Numbered from the stretch's first letter, positions 55,859 to 64,000 are shown. The stretch is DNA of 64,000 nt from Chloroflexota bacterium (GCA_026709625.1 JAPOSR010000044.1:186-64185); one strand, 5' to 3'. The notes: generated by a model from the sequence alone, not told the origin. Program-made: numbers and translations.

Positions 55859-57347
55859 TCAAGCTGAGATTCTGCCGCGGCGTTTGCGCCCATACTGCGG
55901 AGGCAAATGAAGAGGCTTGTCCCTCAGTAAATCATCGACGCTATAGCCTTGAATCACTGGGTATTCATTGCCAAAACCACCATCCCAAGTCTCACGGCTG
56001 CGCTGGTTTTCAACCGTGCCCATCTGCTCCTTAAAACATACCATCACTCCCGCGACTGCCTCGACGCGGCGCACCGTCTCGCTCAAGGCTTTCACATCCT
56101 CCGCTCGCACATTCCCGCCCTTGACCTGCACCACGATCGATTCTTCATAGACGACGCCTTTGCGGACAACGGGCAGGATGATCTCACCATCAATCCCGCC
56201 ATCCGGACCCTTGTCGCCCGGCTGTTTGCGCAGGCCCATCTTGTTGACGCCGATGCGCCCGCAGACCCATTTTTCAAACTCGAAGGGGCTTTCACGCGCC
56301 AATTGCCTGGCTGTCCGATCGTTATAGGGCAGTCCGACAATGTCGATAGCCGACGCATGCACCCGCGCGGGATAATTGGAAAGGATGCGCTGCCGCATCA
56401 GCTCGGTCGAGAAACGCGAAATGTCAATGCCGATCCATTGGCGATTTAGTTGCTCAGCGGCGTGCACGGTCGTGCCGCAGCCACAGAAGGGGTCGAGCAC
56501 AATGTCGCCCTCATTGGATGAGGCGCGGATGATGCGCTCCAAAAGGGCAAGTGGCTTTTGCGTGGGATAGCCGAGCCGTTCTTTGGACACAGGAGAAAGG
56601 ATAGGAATGTACCACCAGTCACCAACTGCTATTTCTGCCGAAATAGCGCGCTTTATTGGTCTGCCCATATCGTCCTTCGCGGTCACAGTTTTCCCGAACG
56701 AGTCCTTTGCACTAACATACTGAGACGGATTAGGGTTATCGTTCGGCACCATGATAGGAATAAAATTCCATTCTTTCGTATTGGCATACCAGAGAATAAT
56801 GTCATGCAGGCGTGGCAACTGTCGCTTGCTCGCTGTCCATCTCTTATAGCACCACACTATTTCATTTCTGAAGTTCTGCTTTTCAAAAATCGCGTCCATT
56901 ACCACTTTCAAATAATGACTCGCAGTCGGGTCGCAATGCAGGTAAATGCTGCCCGTCGGCTTCAACACGCGCTTCATCGCCAGCAGGCGTTCCGACATAT
57001 TCAGCAGGTAAGATGCCAGGCTGTTGGTTCTTTTTCTCCTACCCCCCCCCGTACATGTGTTCTATACGCTGCGCCACCTCGACGATCATCGCCAGCGTCG
57101 GGCGCGGATCGGGCAGTTTCTTGAACTCCGCCAGTCTCGTATCATCATCGGCTGTCCATGTCCAGGTATCCACAAAGGCTTCGACAGGCTCATAGCCTTT
57201 GTCCTTGCCTTTGAATGGCAGGTTGTATTTGGCATTGGAATTGAACGGCGGGTCAAGGTAAATGAGGTCAACCGATTCGGGTTGGATGTAGTCGCGCAGG
57301 ATATTGAGGCAATCGCCTCGGTAGAGCTTGCGTAGCGGGTTTGACAT
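55859..57347 (-). pseudogene. DNA methyltransferase (beta-class) fused to an Mrr-like PD-(D/E)xK domain, split by a frameshift in a G9 run
   Basis: ORF 57039-57347 (..VDLIYLDPPFNSN..MYGGG*) and ORF 55859-56998 (..TGSIYLHCDPTASHYLK..ERLGYPTQKPL..VLDPFCGCGTT..FEFEKWV..GPDGGIDGEI..VVQVKGG). Removing one G restores a ~496-aa frame. Confidence 0.85.
57042..57050. repeat. C9 (G9 on the coding strand) homopolymer at the frameshift site
   Basis: Line 57041 reads a ccccccccc g. The reading frames of the two ORFs differ by exactly one nucleotide across it. Confidence 0.9.
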
Positions 57348-57410
57348 TTTTGTTTTCCCTTTTTTAGAAGTTCAATGAAGGGCGAGTCAACGCTTCGCCC
57401 CTACTTCTAT

Positions 57411-57461
57411 AAGCCCCTCCCTCATTTTGGGAGAGGGGTTTGGGGTGGGGGCTTGCCTCAC
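57411..57461 (+). repeat. Dispersed hairpin + G-tract repeat, copy D
   Basis: aagCCCCTCCCTCAttttGGGAGAGGGGtttGGGGTGGGGGcttgcctcac. Lies 64 nt upstream of the methyltransferase ATG. Its tail overlaps the FAH stop codon. Confidence 0.75.
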
Positions 57462-58363
57462 ACCCCAATCACCCAATTTTTCAAGCTGCCGATGCCATCG
57501 ATGCCGATGCGCACTTCATCGCCGGGCAGCAGCGTAAATTCAGCCGGCGGCACAATGCCTGTGCCCGTCAGCAGAAAGACGCCGTCTGGATAGCTGTTGC
57601 TGCGCCCCAGATAGTCGATGAGTTCGGCGATGCCGCGTTTGATCTGGTCGGTGGAGATCGCGCCGCTGAAGACCGCTTCGCCCGCGCGCGCGATATCCAG
57701 GCGGATGGTGGCAGCCAGCCACTGGTCGGACGGCGCTAGCAAGATGCCCGGACCCAAGGCGCAAGAAGCGGCATACAGCTTGGCTTGCGGCAGGTAGAGC
57801 GGGTTTGCGCCTTCGATATCGCGGCTGCTCATGTCGTTGCCGATTGTGAAACCCAGCAATTCCATAGCGGGATTGATGGCCAAGCCCAACTCCGGCTCAG
57901 GCACATTCCAGGCTGAATCGCTGCGGATGCCGACATGACCGAGGTGCCCGACTGTGTTTTTGGCGCTGGCTTTATAAAAGATTTCTGGGCGCGGCGCATC
58001 GTAAACGCGAGCATAGACATCGCCGCCATCGCTGGCTTCTTCCTGGCGGGCTTCGCGGCTGCGCATGTAGGTGACGCCGGCCGCCCACACTTCCTGCTCG
58101 TCCAGCGGCGGCAGCCAATGCGGGAGCGTGGACGCGGGCGCGTTGTCAAGCTGGCTGGCGGGGAAGCGACGCAGGGCATCAGCGGCGGCGCGCTCGACGG
58201 CAGCGATGACACCAGCCACATTATTAAGCGAAGCGCGGAAAAGAGCCGCCAGACTCGGGAAGCAGTCGCTGATATCATGCACGGTCTCGCCGCGCAACAC
58301 GCCCAAGCCAGCGCCCGTGCCCGGTTGATGATAGCGAATGAGGATTGGCGCGTCTGTCATCAT
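57458..58363 (-). CDS. Fumarylacetoacetate hydrolase (FAH) family protein
   Basis: ..GFTIGNDMSSRDIEG..PLYLPQAKLY..LLTGTGIVP..LLPGDEVRIGIDGIG.L.N. Start MMTDAP at 58363. Confidence 0.85.
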   Translation of the reverse strand: MMTDAPILIRYHQPGTGAGLGVLRGETVHDISDCFPSLAALFRASLNNVAGVIAAVERAAADALRRFPASQLDNAPASTLPHWLPPLDEQEVWAAGVTYMRSREARQEEASDGGDVYARVYDAPRPEIFYKASAKNTVGHLGHVGIRSDSAWNVPEPELGLAINPAMELLGFTIGNDMSSRDIEGANPLYLPQAKLYAASCALGPGILLAPSDQWLAATIRLDIARAGEAVFSGAISTDQIKRGIAELIDYLGRSNSYPDGVFLLTGTGIVPPAEFTLLPGDEVRIGIDGIGSLKNWVIGV

Positions 58364-58395
58364 GCTTGTCTCCCAGTTTTGTCTCTGTGGTGAAA

Positions 58396-59175
58396 TTAAT
58401 CCTGTGGCTGCTCGCCTTTGACGCTGAGGCCGCCGTCGACTGTATAATTTGCGCCTGTCACAAAGCTGGCTTCGTCCGATGCCAGAAACAGGCAAACATT
58501 CGCCACCTCGGCGATTGTGCCGACGCGCCCGATCGGGTGCATGCGGTCAAAGTCCTGGCGCAGCGAGTCGGGATCGCTCTGCCCAGCCAAAAAGTCGCGC
58601 AGCATGGGCGAGTCGATGGTGCCCGGCGAGACGCTGTTGACGCGGATGCCGCGCGCCGCATAATCGGTGGACATGGCTCGCGTCAGCGCGATTAATCCGC
58701 CTTTGGTCATGCTATAGGCGGCGATGCCCGGCAAGCCCAGCAGGCCGGTTACGCTGGCGATGTGGATGATGCTGCCCCTGCCCAGCGCCAGCATGCCCGG
58801 GATGACGCCGCGGCTGACGAGATAAGCCCCGCGCAGATTGACAGCTACGCAGCGGTCGAAGTCGTCGGGGCTGGTCCTATGAATCGCGCCGACTGGCATT
58901 ACAGCGGCGTTGTTGACCAGCACATCGACAGCCCCAAAACGGTCGCGCAGCCGAGCCAATGCCGAGTTCACCTGCGCTGGCTGGCTGATGTCGGCGGCTA
59001 GGGCAATGGCTTCGCCACCGCTGGAAAGCGCTTTATCAGCCAGCGCCTGACAGGCGGCCCCGTCCAAATCCAAGATGCCGACACGCGCGCCTTCTGCAGC
59101 GAAGCGCAGGGCGATGCCGCGCCCAATCCCCCGCGCCGCGCCAGTGACCAGCGCAACCCTGTCTTGCAATCGCAA
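58396..59175 (-). CDS. Short-chain dehydrogenase/reductase (SDR)
   Basis: [31 protein letters not shown] (S..YxxxK), SPGTIDSPM. Confidence 0.9.
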   Translation of the reverse strand: MRLQDRVALVTGAARGIGRGIALRFAAEGARVGILDLDGAACQALADKALSSGGEAIALAADISQPAQVNSALARLRDRFGAVDVLVNNAAVMPVGAIHRTSPDDFDRCVAVNLRGAYLVSRGVIPGMLALGRGSIIHIASVTGLLGLPGIAAYSMTKGGLIALTRAMSTDYAARGIRVNSVSPGTIDSPMLRDFLAGQSDPDSLRQDFDRMHPIGRVGTIAEVANVCLFLASDEASFVTGANYTVDGGLSVKGEQPQD

Positions 59176-59216
59176 TGGACTGCTCCGCTGTGCTTCGGCT
59201 TGTTTGTCAGCAGACC

Positions 59217-59247
59217 ATTATACGCATTGATGAACATTCCATGTCAA
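59217..59247 (-). promoter_or_regulatory. Sigma70-like promoter candidate for the SDR-FAH-dehydratase operon
   Basis: Minus strand reads TTGACA, 19-nt spacer, TATAAT. About 40 nt upstream of the SDR start. The spacer is long, so this is tentative. Confidence 0.3.
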
Positions 59248-59296
59248 CTTATCGACATAATCGGGAGTGGTGAGCACACGGCAGACGCAAAGCGGG

Positions 59297-59328
59297 AATA
59301 AAAAGCCCCCGCTTCGTTGTGGAGGCTT
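59297..59328 (-). terminator. Rho-independent terminator candidate with no annotated upstream gene
   Basis: Minus strand reads aagcctccac aacgaa gcgggggct TTTTTATT. Confidence 0.4.
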
Positions 59329-59559
59329 GGCTATTCTAGTATGTAATCCCCTAATTTCTATATTTTGCGCAAATTGCCTGGGAAGGCTGGCATTTGTCAA
59401 TCGCCTCATAGAAGACTTCGCGCGCAATGGACTGTGCAGAAAGACCGCGCCCTGCGTGTATGCTTCACGAGCAAGATTGCAGGGTAGATGCCCGCGTTCT
59501 CGGCGATTAAGGGTTTCGCCAGCTCGTGCTACAATACGCAAAATCAGCCGAGACAGCCC

Positions 59560-61857
59560 ATGCCAGAACAGATCGAAGGCAGCATCGAGCGCGTCACCTT
59601 CTACAGCGCAGACAGCGGTTACTCGGTGCTGAAGGTCAAACCCGAGCAGCGTTATCCGCAGGCGCAAGCGCGTGATGGCACCATCGCTGTCGTGGGCGCT
59701 ATGCCCCAGTTGGGCGAAGGCGAAAAAGCCCAATTTATCGGCGACTGGGTTAGCCACCCGCAATACGGCTTGCAATTCCAGGCGCAGCAAGCCATCCCGC
59801 TGCCGCCACAGACCGCCCAGGGCATCGTCAATTACCTCAGCAGCGGTATCATCAAAGGCATTGGTCCAGCCACCGCGCAGAAGATCGTCAATACCCTCGG
59901 CGAGCGCACGATCGAAATCCTGGACGAAGAGCCGCAGCGCATTCATGAAGTGCGCGGGCTGAAACCCCAACTCGCAAAAAAACTCGGCGATATCTGGGCG
60001 GACAACCGCGCCATGCGCAATGTCATGATCTATTTGCAGGGGCTGGGCATCAGCGCGAAGATCGCAAAACGCATTTATGAACGCTATGGCGCGACGACCC
60101 AGTTCGTCATCGACCAAAATCCCTATCAGTTGGCGGACGATGTCTTTTCGATCGGTTTTCGCAAAGCCGACCAGATCGCTCGCAGCATGGGTTTGGGGCG
60201 CGCCGACCAGCACCGGCTGCGCGCCGGGCTGCACTATGCGCTCAATGAATTAGCGCGCGAAGGCCATACCTATGCCCCCCGCGAACTGCTGTTGGAAAAA
60301 GCCGCCGAGCTATTGGATATTGATGATGGCGCGGCTCTCGAGCAGGCGCTGCGCGAGCAAACCAGCCACAAGGCGCTGCGCCAGGACACATTGCAGCCCG
60401 CCGCTGACTGTCCGGCAATCAACGCCATCTATCTGCCGCGTTTCTTCCGCGCCGAAAGCGACTCGGCGCAGCTGCTGCGAGCCATCGCCCAATGCAAAAG
60501 CCAGATCATCGCCGATCATCGCAATACCGATTGGAGCGCCTATCTGGAAGACCTGAGCCAAGCCAACAAGGCGCAGCTGTCTCCGCAGCAACAAAATGCT
60601 GTCCGCGAAGCATTAACCAGCAAGCTGAGCGTCTTGACAGGCGGCCCAGGCACAGGCAAAACCACCACCCTGCAGATGCTCATACATGCGCTGGACGAGG
60701 GCAGCTATCAATACAGCCTGGCCTCGCCGACTGGACGCGCGGCAAAACGGCTGGGCGAAACCACCGGCAAAGACGCCAGCACCATCCACCGCCTGCTCAG
60801 TTTCTCACCCGAAGATGGCGGCTTTGAACACGATGAAGACAACCCCCTGCCAGCCGAGATGGTCGTCATCGATGAAGCCTCAATGCTCGATCTGCGCCTG
60901 TTCCATAGCCTGCTGCGCGCGTTGAAGCCAGCCGCGCATCTGCTGCTGGTGGGCGATATCGACCAGCTGCCATCGGTGGGGGCGGGCAATGTACTGCGCG
61001 ATGTCATCGACAGCGGCATCGCCAGGGTGACGCGCCTCGACCAAATCTTTCGTCAAGATGACAGCAGCCACATCGTCAGCAATGCCCACCGCATCAATCG
61101 GGGCCGCCAGCCCTACACCGACAACCACAGCAAGGATTTCTTCTTTTTCAATATCGAAAATCCCGAAGCGGTGTCGGAGCAGATCGTCCTGCTGGTGCGC
61201 GACAAGCTGCCCGCCCGCGACGACCTGGATGCCGTGCGTGATATTCAGGTCATCGCGCCCATGTATCGGGGAGCGGCTGGCGTGCACAACCTCAACAGCC
61301 GCCTGCAAGCCGAGCTGAATGGCGATGTTCGCGCCGCAGAGCTAAAGCTGGGCAGCCGCATCTTCCGCGTCGGCGACAAAGTGATGCAAACGCGCAACAA
61401 TTATGATAAAGATGTCTTTAATGGCGATATCGGCTTTATCCACAGCATCGACCCGGGTGACAAGCGCTTGCAGATTTCCATGGATGGCCGGCTGGTCAGT
61501 TACGAAGCGATGGACCTGGACGACTTGATGCACGCCTATTGCATCAGCACACACCGTTCGCAAGGCTCAGAGTATCCAGCTGTGGTCATGCCCGTTTTGA
61601 CTCAGCATTGGATGATGCTGCAACGCAACTTGATCTATACCGCCATCACCCGCGCCAAGCGACTGGTCGTGTTGGTAGGGACTCGCCGCGCGCTGAAAAT
61701 CGCTGTGGACAACGACAAAGTGGCGCAGCGGCATACTGGCTTGGCGCAGCGGCTGCGGGCATTGGATAGCCCCATCGCAAAGCGCGCCAATGACAAAGCC
61801 AGGCAAGATGCACTGCTGGCCGCGGCGGCGCTGCGGACGGGCCGGCTGGAGCGATAA
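59560..61857 (+). CDS. recD2: RecD2-type SF1 ATP-dependent DNA helicase
   Basis: N-terminus IEGSIERVTFYSADSGYSVLKV, HhH region, Walker A LTGGPGTGKTT, Walker B MVVIDEASMLD, LVGDIDQLPSVG, C-terminal TTHRSQGSEYP..YTAITRAK. Confidence 0.9.
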   Translation: MPEQIEGSIERVTFYSADSGYSVLKVKPEQRYPQAQARDGTIAVVGAMPQLGEGEKAQFIGDWVSHPQYGLQFQAQQAIPLPPQTAQGIVNYLSSGIIKGIGPATAQKIVNTLGERTIEILDEEPQRIHEVRGLKPQLAKKLGDIWADNRAMRNVMIYLQGLGISAKIAKRIYERYGATTQFVIDQNPYQLADDVFSIGFRKADQIARSMGLGRADQHRLRAGLHYALNELAREGHTYAPRELLLEKAAELLDIDDGAALEQALREQTSHKALRQDTLQPAADCPAINAIYLPRFFRAESDSAQLLRAIAQCKSQIIADHRNTDWSAYLEDLSQANKAQLSPQQQNAVREALTSKLSVLTGGPGTGKTTTLQMLIHALDEGSYQYSLASPTGRAAKRLGETTGKDASTIHRLLSFSPEDGGFEHDEDNPLPAEMVVIDEASMLDLRLFHSLLRALKPAAHLLLVGDIDQLPSVGAGNVLRDVIDSGIARVTRLDQIFRQDDSSHIVSNAHRINRGRQPYTDNHSKDFFFFNIENPEAVSEQIVLLVRDKLPARDDLDAVRDIQVIAPMYRGAAGVHNLNSRLQAELNGDVRAAELKLGSRIFRVGDKVMQTRNNYDKDVFNGDIGFIHSIDPGDKRLQISMDGRLVSYEAMDLDDLMHAYCISTHRSQGSEYPAVVMPVLTQHWMMLQRNLIYTAITRAKRLVVLVGTRRALKIAVDNDKVAQRHTGLAQRLRALDSPIAKRANDKARQDALLAAAALRTGRLER

Positions 61858-61878
61858 CCCGCCAGCGTCGCCAAGCCA

Positions 61879-62652
61879 CTAACGAACCAGCGCCATCCGC
61901 ACGCCTGCCGTCTGCGCAGGCTCGAAAGTCTGCGCCGCCCCCGTCGTCTTGAAGCGCACCGCAAAGGGCGCAGGCGCATTCCTCGCCAAATGCTCGGCCA
62001 GGGGGCCGCGCTCGTCATCGGGCAGCAGGTATTCCAGCGTGTGCCCGCCCACTGTCAGCCGCGTGCCGCTCGCGCGCAGTTCTTCACGCCGCGCAGGCTC
62101 TCCAGCCAAGCCGCCCATCAAGCCCGCCATAATCGGCACAGGGCGCAGGGTAGCCACCGCCACAGTCAGGCAATCGATGCCCATGACGCCGTTGGCATGC
62201 TGGACTTCGGGAGGCAAACGCTCTGCGCGCGGGGTGACATCTTCGATAATGAACGGGATGCGCCCCTGAAATTCGCCCGCGATCTTGTTGTTGACCCACT
62301 TGACGACATAGCCATCGGGACGAGCGCGGCCGCCTTCATACAGGTCGCTGCTGGATACGCCGGCTTCCAAAAGCGCCCGCTGGTCGGCGTGGATGTCATC
62401 GGTAGCCATGCAGAAGTCGATCAATCCGCCGCCGCGCGCTTGCAGCAGGCCCCACCAAGGATGCTCCAGCGCCTCTTCATAAAAACCCAGCAGCTCGATA
62501 TAACTGCCATCGGCGAATCCGATCAGCGCGTTGTATGAGCCATACGGGTGCCGTCCGCCTTCAACGACGGTGAAACCCAGCCCGCGATACGTCTCGATGG
62601 CGCGCTCCAGCGAATGCGCCGCGATGACGAGATGGTCGATGCCGGTGATCAT
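61879..62652 (-). CDS. VOC/glyoxalase-like family protein (two-domain)
   Basis: MITGIDHLVIAA..LERAIETYRGLGF.VVEGGRHP..G..NALI.F.DGSYIELL. Confidence 0.65.
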   Translation of the reverse strand: MITGIDHLVIAAHSLERAIETYRGLGFTVVEGGRHPYGSYNALIGFADGSYIELLGFYEEALEHPWWGLLQARGGGLIDFCMATDDIHADQRALLEAGVSSSDLYEGGRARPDGYVVKWVNNKIAGEFQGRIPFIIEDVTPRAERLPPEVQHANGVMGIDCLTVAVATLRPVPIMAGLMGGLAGEPARREELRASGTRLTVGGHTLEYLLPDDERGPLAEHLARNAPAPFAVRFKTTGAAQTFEPAQTAGVRMALVR

Positions 62653-62679
62653 GTTTCACTCCTTTGCGCTTGGGCTCGT

Positions 62680-63471
62680 TCAAACATAGCCCCCAGCCAC
62701 CTTTGTAACTAGGATCGGCTCATCGCCATTGATGATGACGGTATGCTCATACTGCGCCGACATGCCGCCATCGCCACTGAGCAATGTCCAGCCATCAGCG
62801 GCGGTGTTGATGCGCCCCCTGCCTGTGCACAGAAAAGGCTCCAGGGTCAGAACCATGCCATCGCGCAGCACATCTTTGTTGCGCTTGTGATAATAGTTGG
62901 GGATGGTCGGCGCTTCATGGATGTGCCGCCCCACGCCATGCCCGCCCAGCTCGCGGAAGGTGCGGAAGCCCTGTCGCCGGGCATATGTTTCGACTGCGCG
63001 GCCGATCTCGCTGACTCGAGCCGCCGGGCGCGCCAGTTGAATCGCCAAATCCAGCGCGCGCCGAGTGGCAGCGCACAGCTTGACCAGCCGCTTTTGCAGT
63101 GGCGGCACGATGATTGTCGCGCCAGTATCGCCCCAATAGCCCGCAAGCACAGCCGACACATCGACATTCAGCAGGTCTCCAGCGCGGATGATGCGGTCTT
63201 TGCGCGGCACGCCATGCGCCGCTTCGTCATTCAGGCTGATGCATGTATAAGCGGGGAAGTCGTAGGCTTGCAGCGGGGCAGACAGCGCGCCCATCTCGCG
63301 CAGACAGTCGCGGCCGATGTCGTCCAGGTCGCGGGTAGACATTCCCGCCTCGGCGCTGTCCAGCATGCGCTTGAGCGTCAGCCCGCAGACTTGGCCGACC
63401 TGCCACATGCCGCGCAGATCTCGCTCGCTTTCAATTTGCACGAGGCGCAGAATAGTGGATTTTGCGCGCAA
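62680..63471 (-). CDS. map: Type I methionine aminopeptidase
   Basis: ..AAHGVP...I..GDLLNVDVS....GYWGDT.., GHGVGRHIHEAP, LTLEPFL, YEHTVII (M24A metal ligands). Confidence 0.9.
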   Translation of the reverse strand: MRAKSTILRLVQIESERDLRGMWQVGQVCGLTLKRMLDSAEAGMSTRDLDDIGRDCLREMGALSAPLQAYDFPAYTCISLNDEAAHGVPRKDRIIRAGDLLNVDVSAVLAGYWGDTGATIIVPPLQKRLVKLCAATRRALDLAIQLARPAARVSEIGRAVETYARRQGFRTFRELGGHGVGRHIHEAPTIPNYYHKRNKDVLRDGMVLTLEPFLCTGRGRINTAADGWTLLSGDGGMSAQYEHTVIINGDEPILVTKVAGGYV

Positions 63472-63539
63472 AGACTATGGCAGAATCGGCAAAATGAAGC
63501 GAGTCGTGAAAAGCGAATCGCAAAAACACAAAGGGGTCG

Positions 63540-64000
63540 CTATGTCGCGCCTTCGCCCAGCCGCCGCTCGGTGCCAGCCAGCAGGCGCTGCACATTGCCC
63601 CAGTGGCGCATGACAATCATCACGCTCAGCGCGACTGCATACAACAGCAAAATCGGTTTTTGCCACGCTGTGCCCACCAGCACAATCAGCCACAGATTCG
63701 CCACGGCAAAACCGATCAACACACCCAGCGACACATAGCGCGTGCGAGCGATGACAGCGATGGCGATGGCCGCCGCCACCAATATCTGCAATGGCTGGAT
63801 CATCAGCATCGCGCCAAAAGCGGTCGCCGCGCCTTTGCCGCCACGCACAATCAAACGCAGCTTGCCTTGCCTGAATGACGCGGTAAGCAAGGTGGCGAAT
63901 AGCGACCAGTTGTGCCCGACCACCACGCAAGTCGCCGAAACCGAAGTCGCCACGCCGATCTGTTCGGGCAAAAGCCAATCGCGCGCCAGCCACACCGCCA
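63540..64000 (-). CDS. plsY: Glycerol-3-phosphate acyltransferase PlsY, 5' end beyond the window
   Basis: ..VGHNWSLF..GGKGAATAFG..RHWGNVQRLLAGTE... The N-terminal GSGN region is missing, so the gene probably continues past 64000. Confidence 0.8.
   Translation of the reverse strand, partial: AVWLARDWLLPEQIGVATSVSATCVVVGHNWSLFATLLTASFRQGKLRLIVRGGKGAATAFGAMLMIQPLQILVAAAIAIAVIARTRYVSLGVLIGFAVANLWLIVLVGTAWQKPILLLYAVALSVMIVMRHWGNVQRLLAGTERRLGEGAT

Noticed and set aside
59218-60234. 338-aa minus-strand ORF spanning the SDR-recD2 gap and the recD2 5' end
   Set aside because: It is antisense to recD2, whose plus-strand product has all SF1 helicase motifs. It also crosses a predicted terminator and promoter.

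Overview
High-GC bacterial chromosomal segment of about 60 protein-coding genes. I found no rRNA, tRNA or CRISPR array. Gene content suggests a Chloroflexota-like organism: two Uma2/DUF820 endonucleases, a fused transaldolase/glucose-6-phosphate isomerase, and a DUF3090 plus MSMEG_4193-type phosphatase pair. This taxonomic call is inference only.

Core content:
- a heterodimeric ABC exporter pair
- thioredoxin, HU, a MoxR ATPase and an S10 carboxypeptidase
- a minus-strand myo-inositol catabolic operon (iolB, iolD, oxidoreductases)
- a sugar-acid operon (enolase-superfamily dehydratase, FAH hydrolase, SDR)
- an XDH/CoxL-type molybdoenzyme large subunit
- two paralogous type-1 solute-binding proteins
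- RecD2, methionine aminopeptidase and PlsY

Accessory content is the interesting part:
1. Three paralogous beta-class DNA methyltransferases. One is cut by the window edge, one is fused to an HNH nuclease, and one is fused to an Mrr-like PD-(D/E)xK domain.
2. The Mrr-fused methyltransferase is split by a C9/G9 homopolymer. It is bracketed by ~42-nt inverted copies of a dispersed hairpin plus G-tract repeat, and it interrupts the sugar-acid operon.
3. An AT-rich ABC-ATPase plus DUF4435/TOPRIM-like pair with PARIS-type (AriA/AriB) architecture is inserted between iolB and iolD.
4. Two membrane-anchored proteins are built of 11-residue repeats. One is encoded by near-perfect 33-bp tandem repeats.
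5. A duplicated cassette encodes a secreted protein followed by a tiny membrane protein. It has a conserved leader and a decayed second copy.
6. Relics are present: a RelE/ParE-type toxin pseudogene, a lone tyrosine recombinase and an IS3 OrfA fragment.

All calls rest on reading the translations and motifs by eye. No database search or computed statistic was possible.
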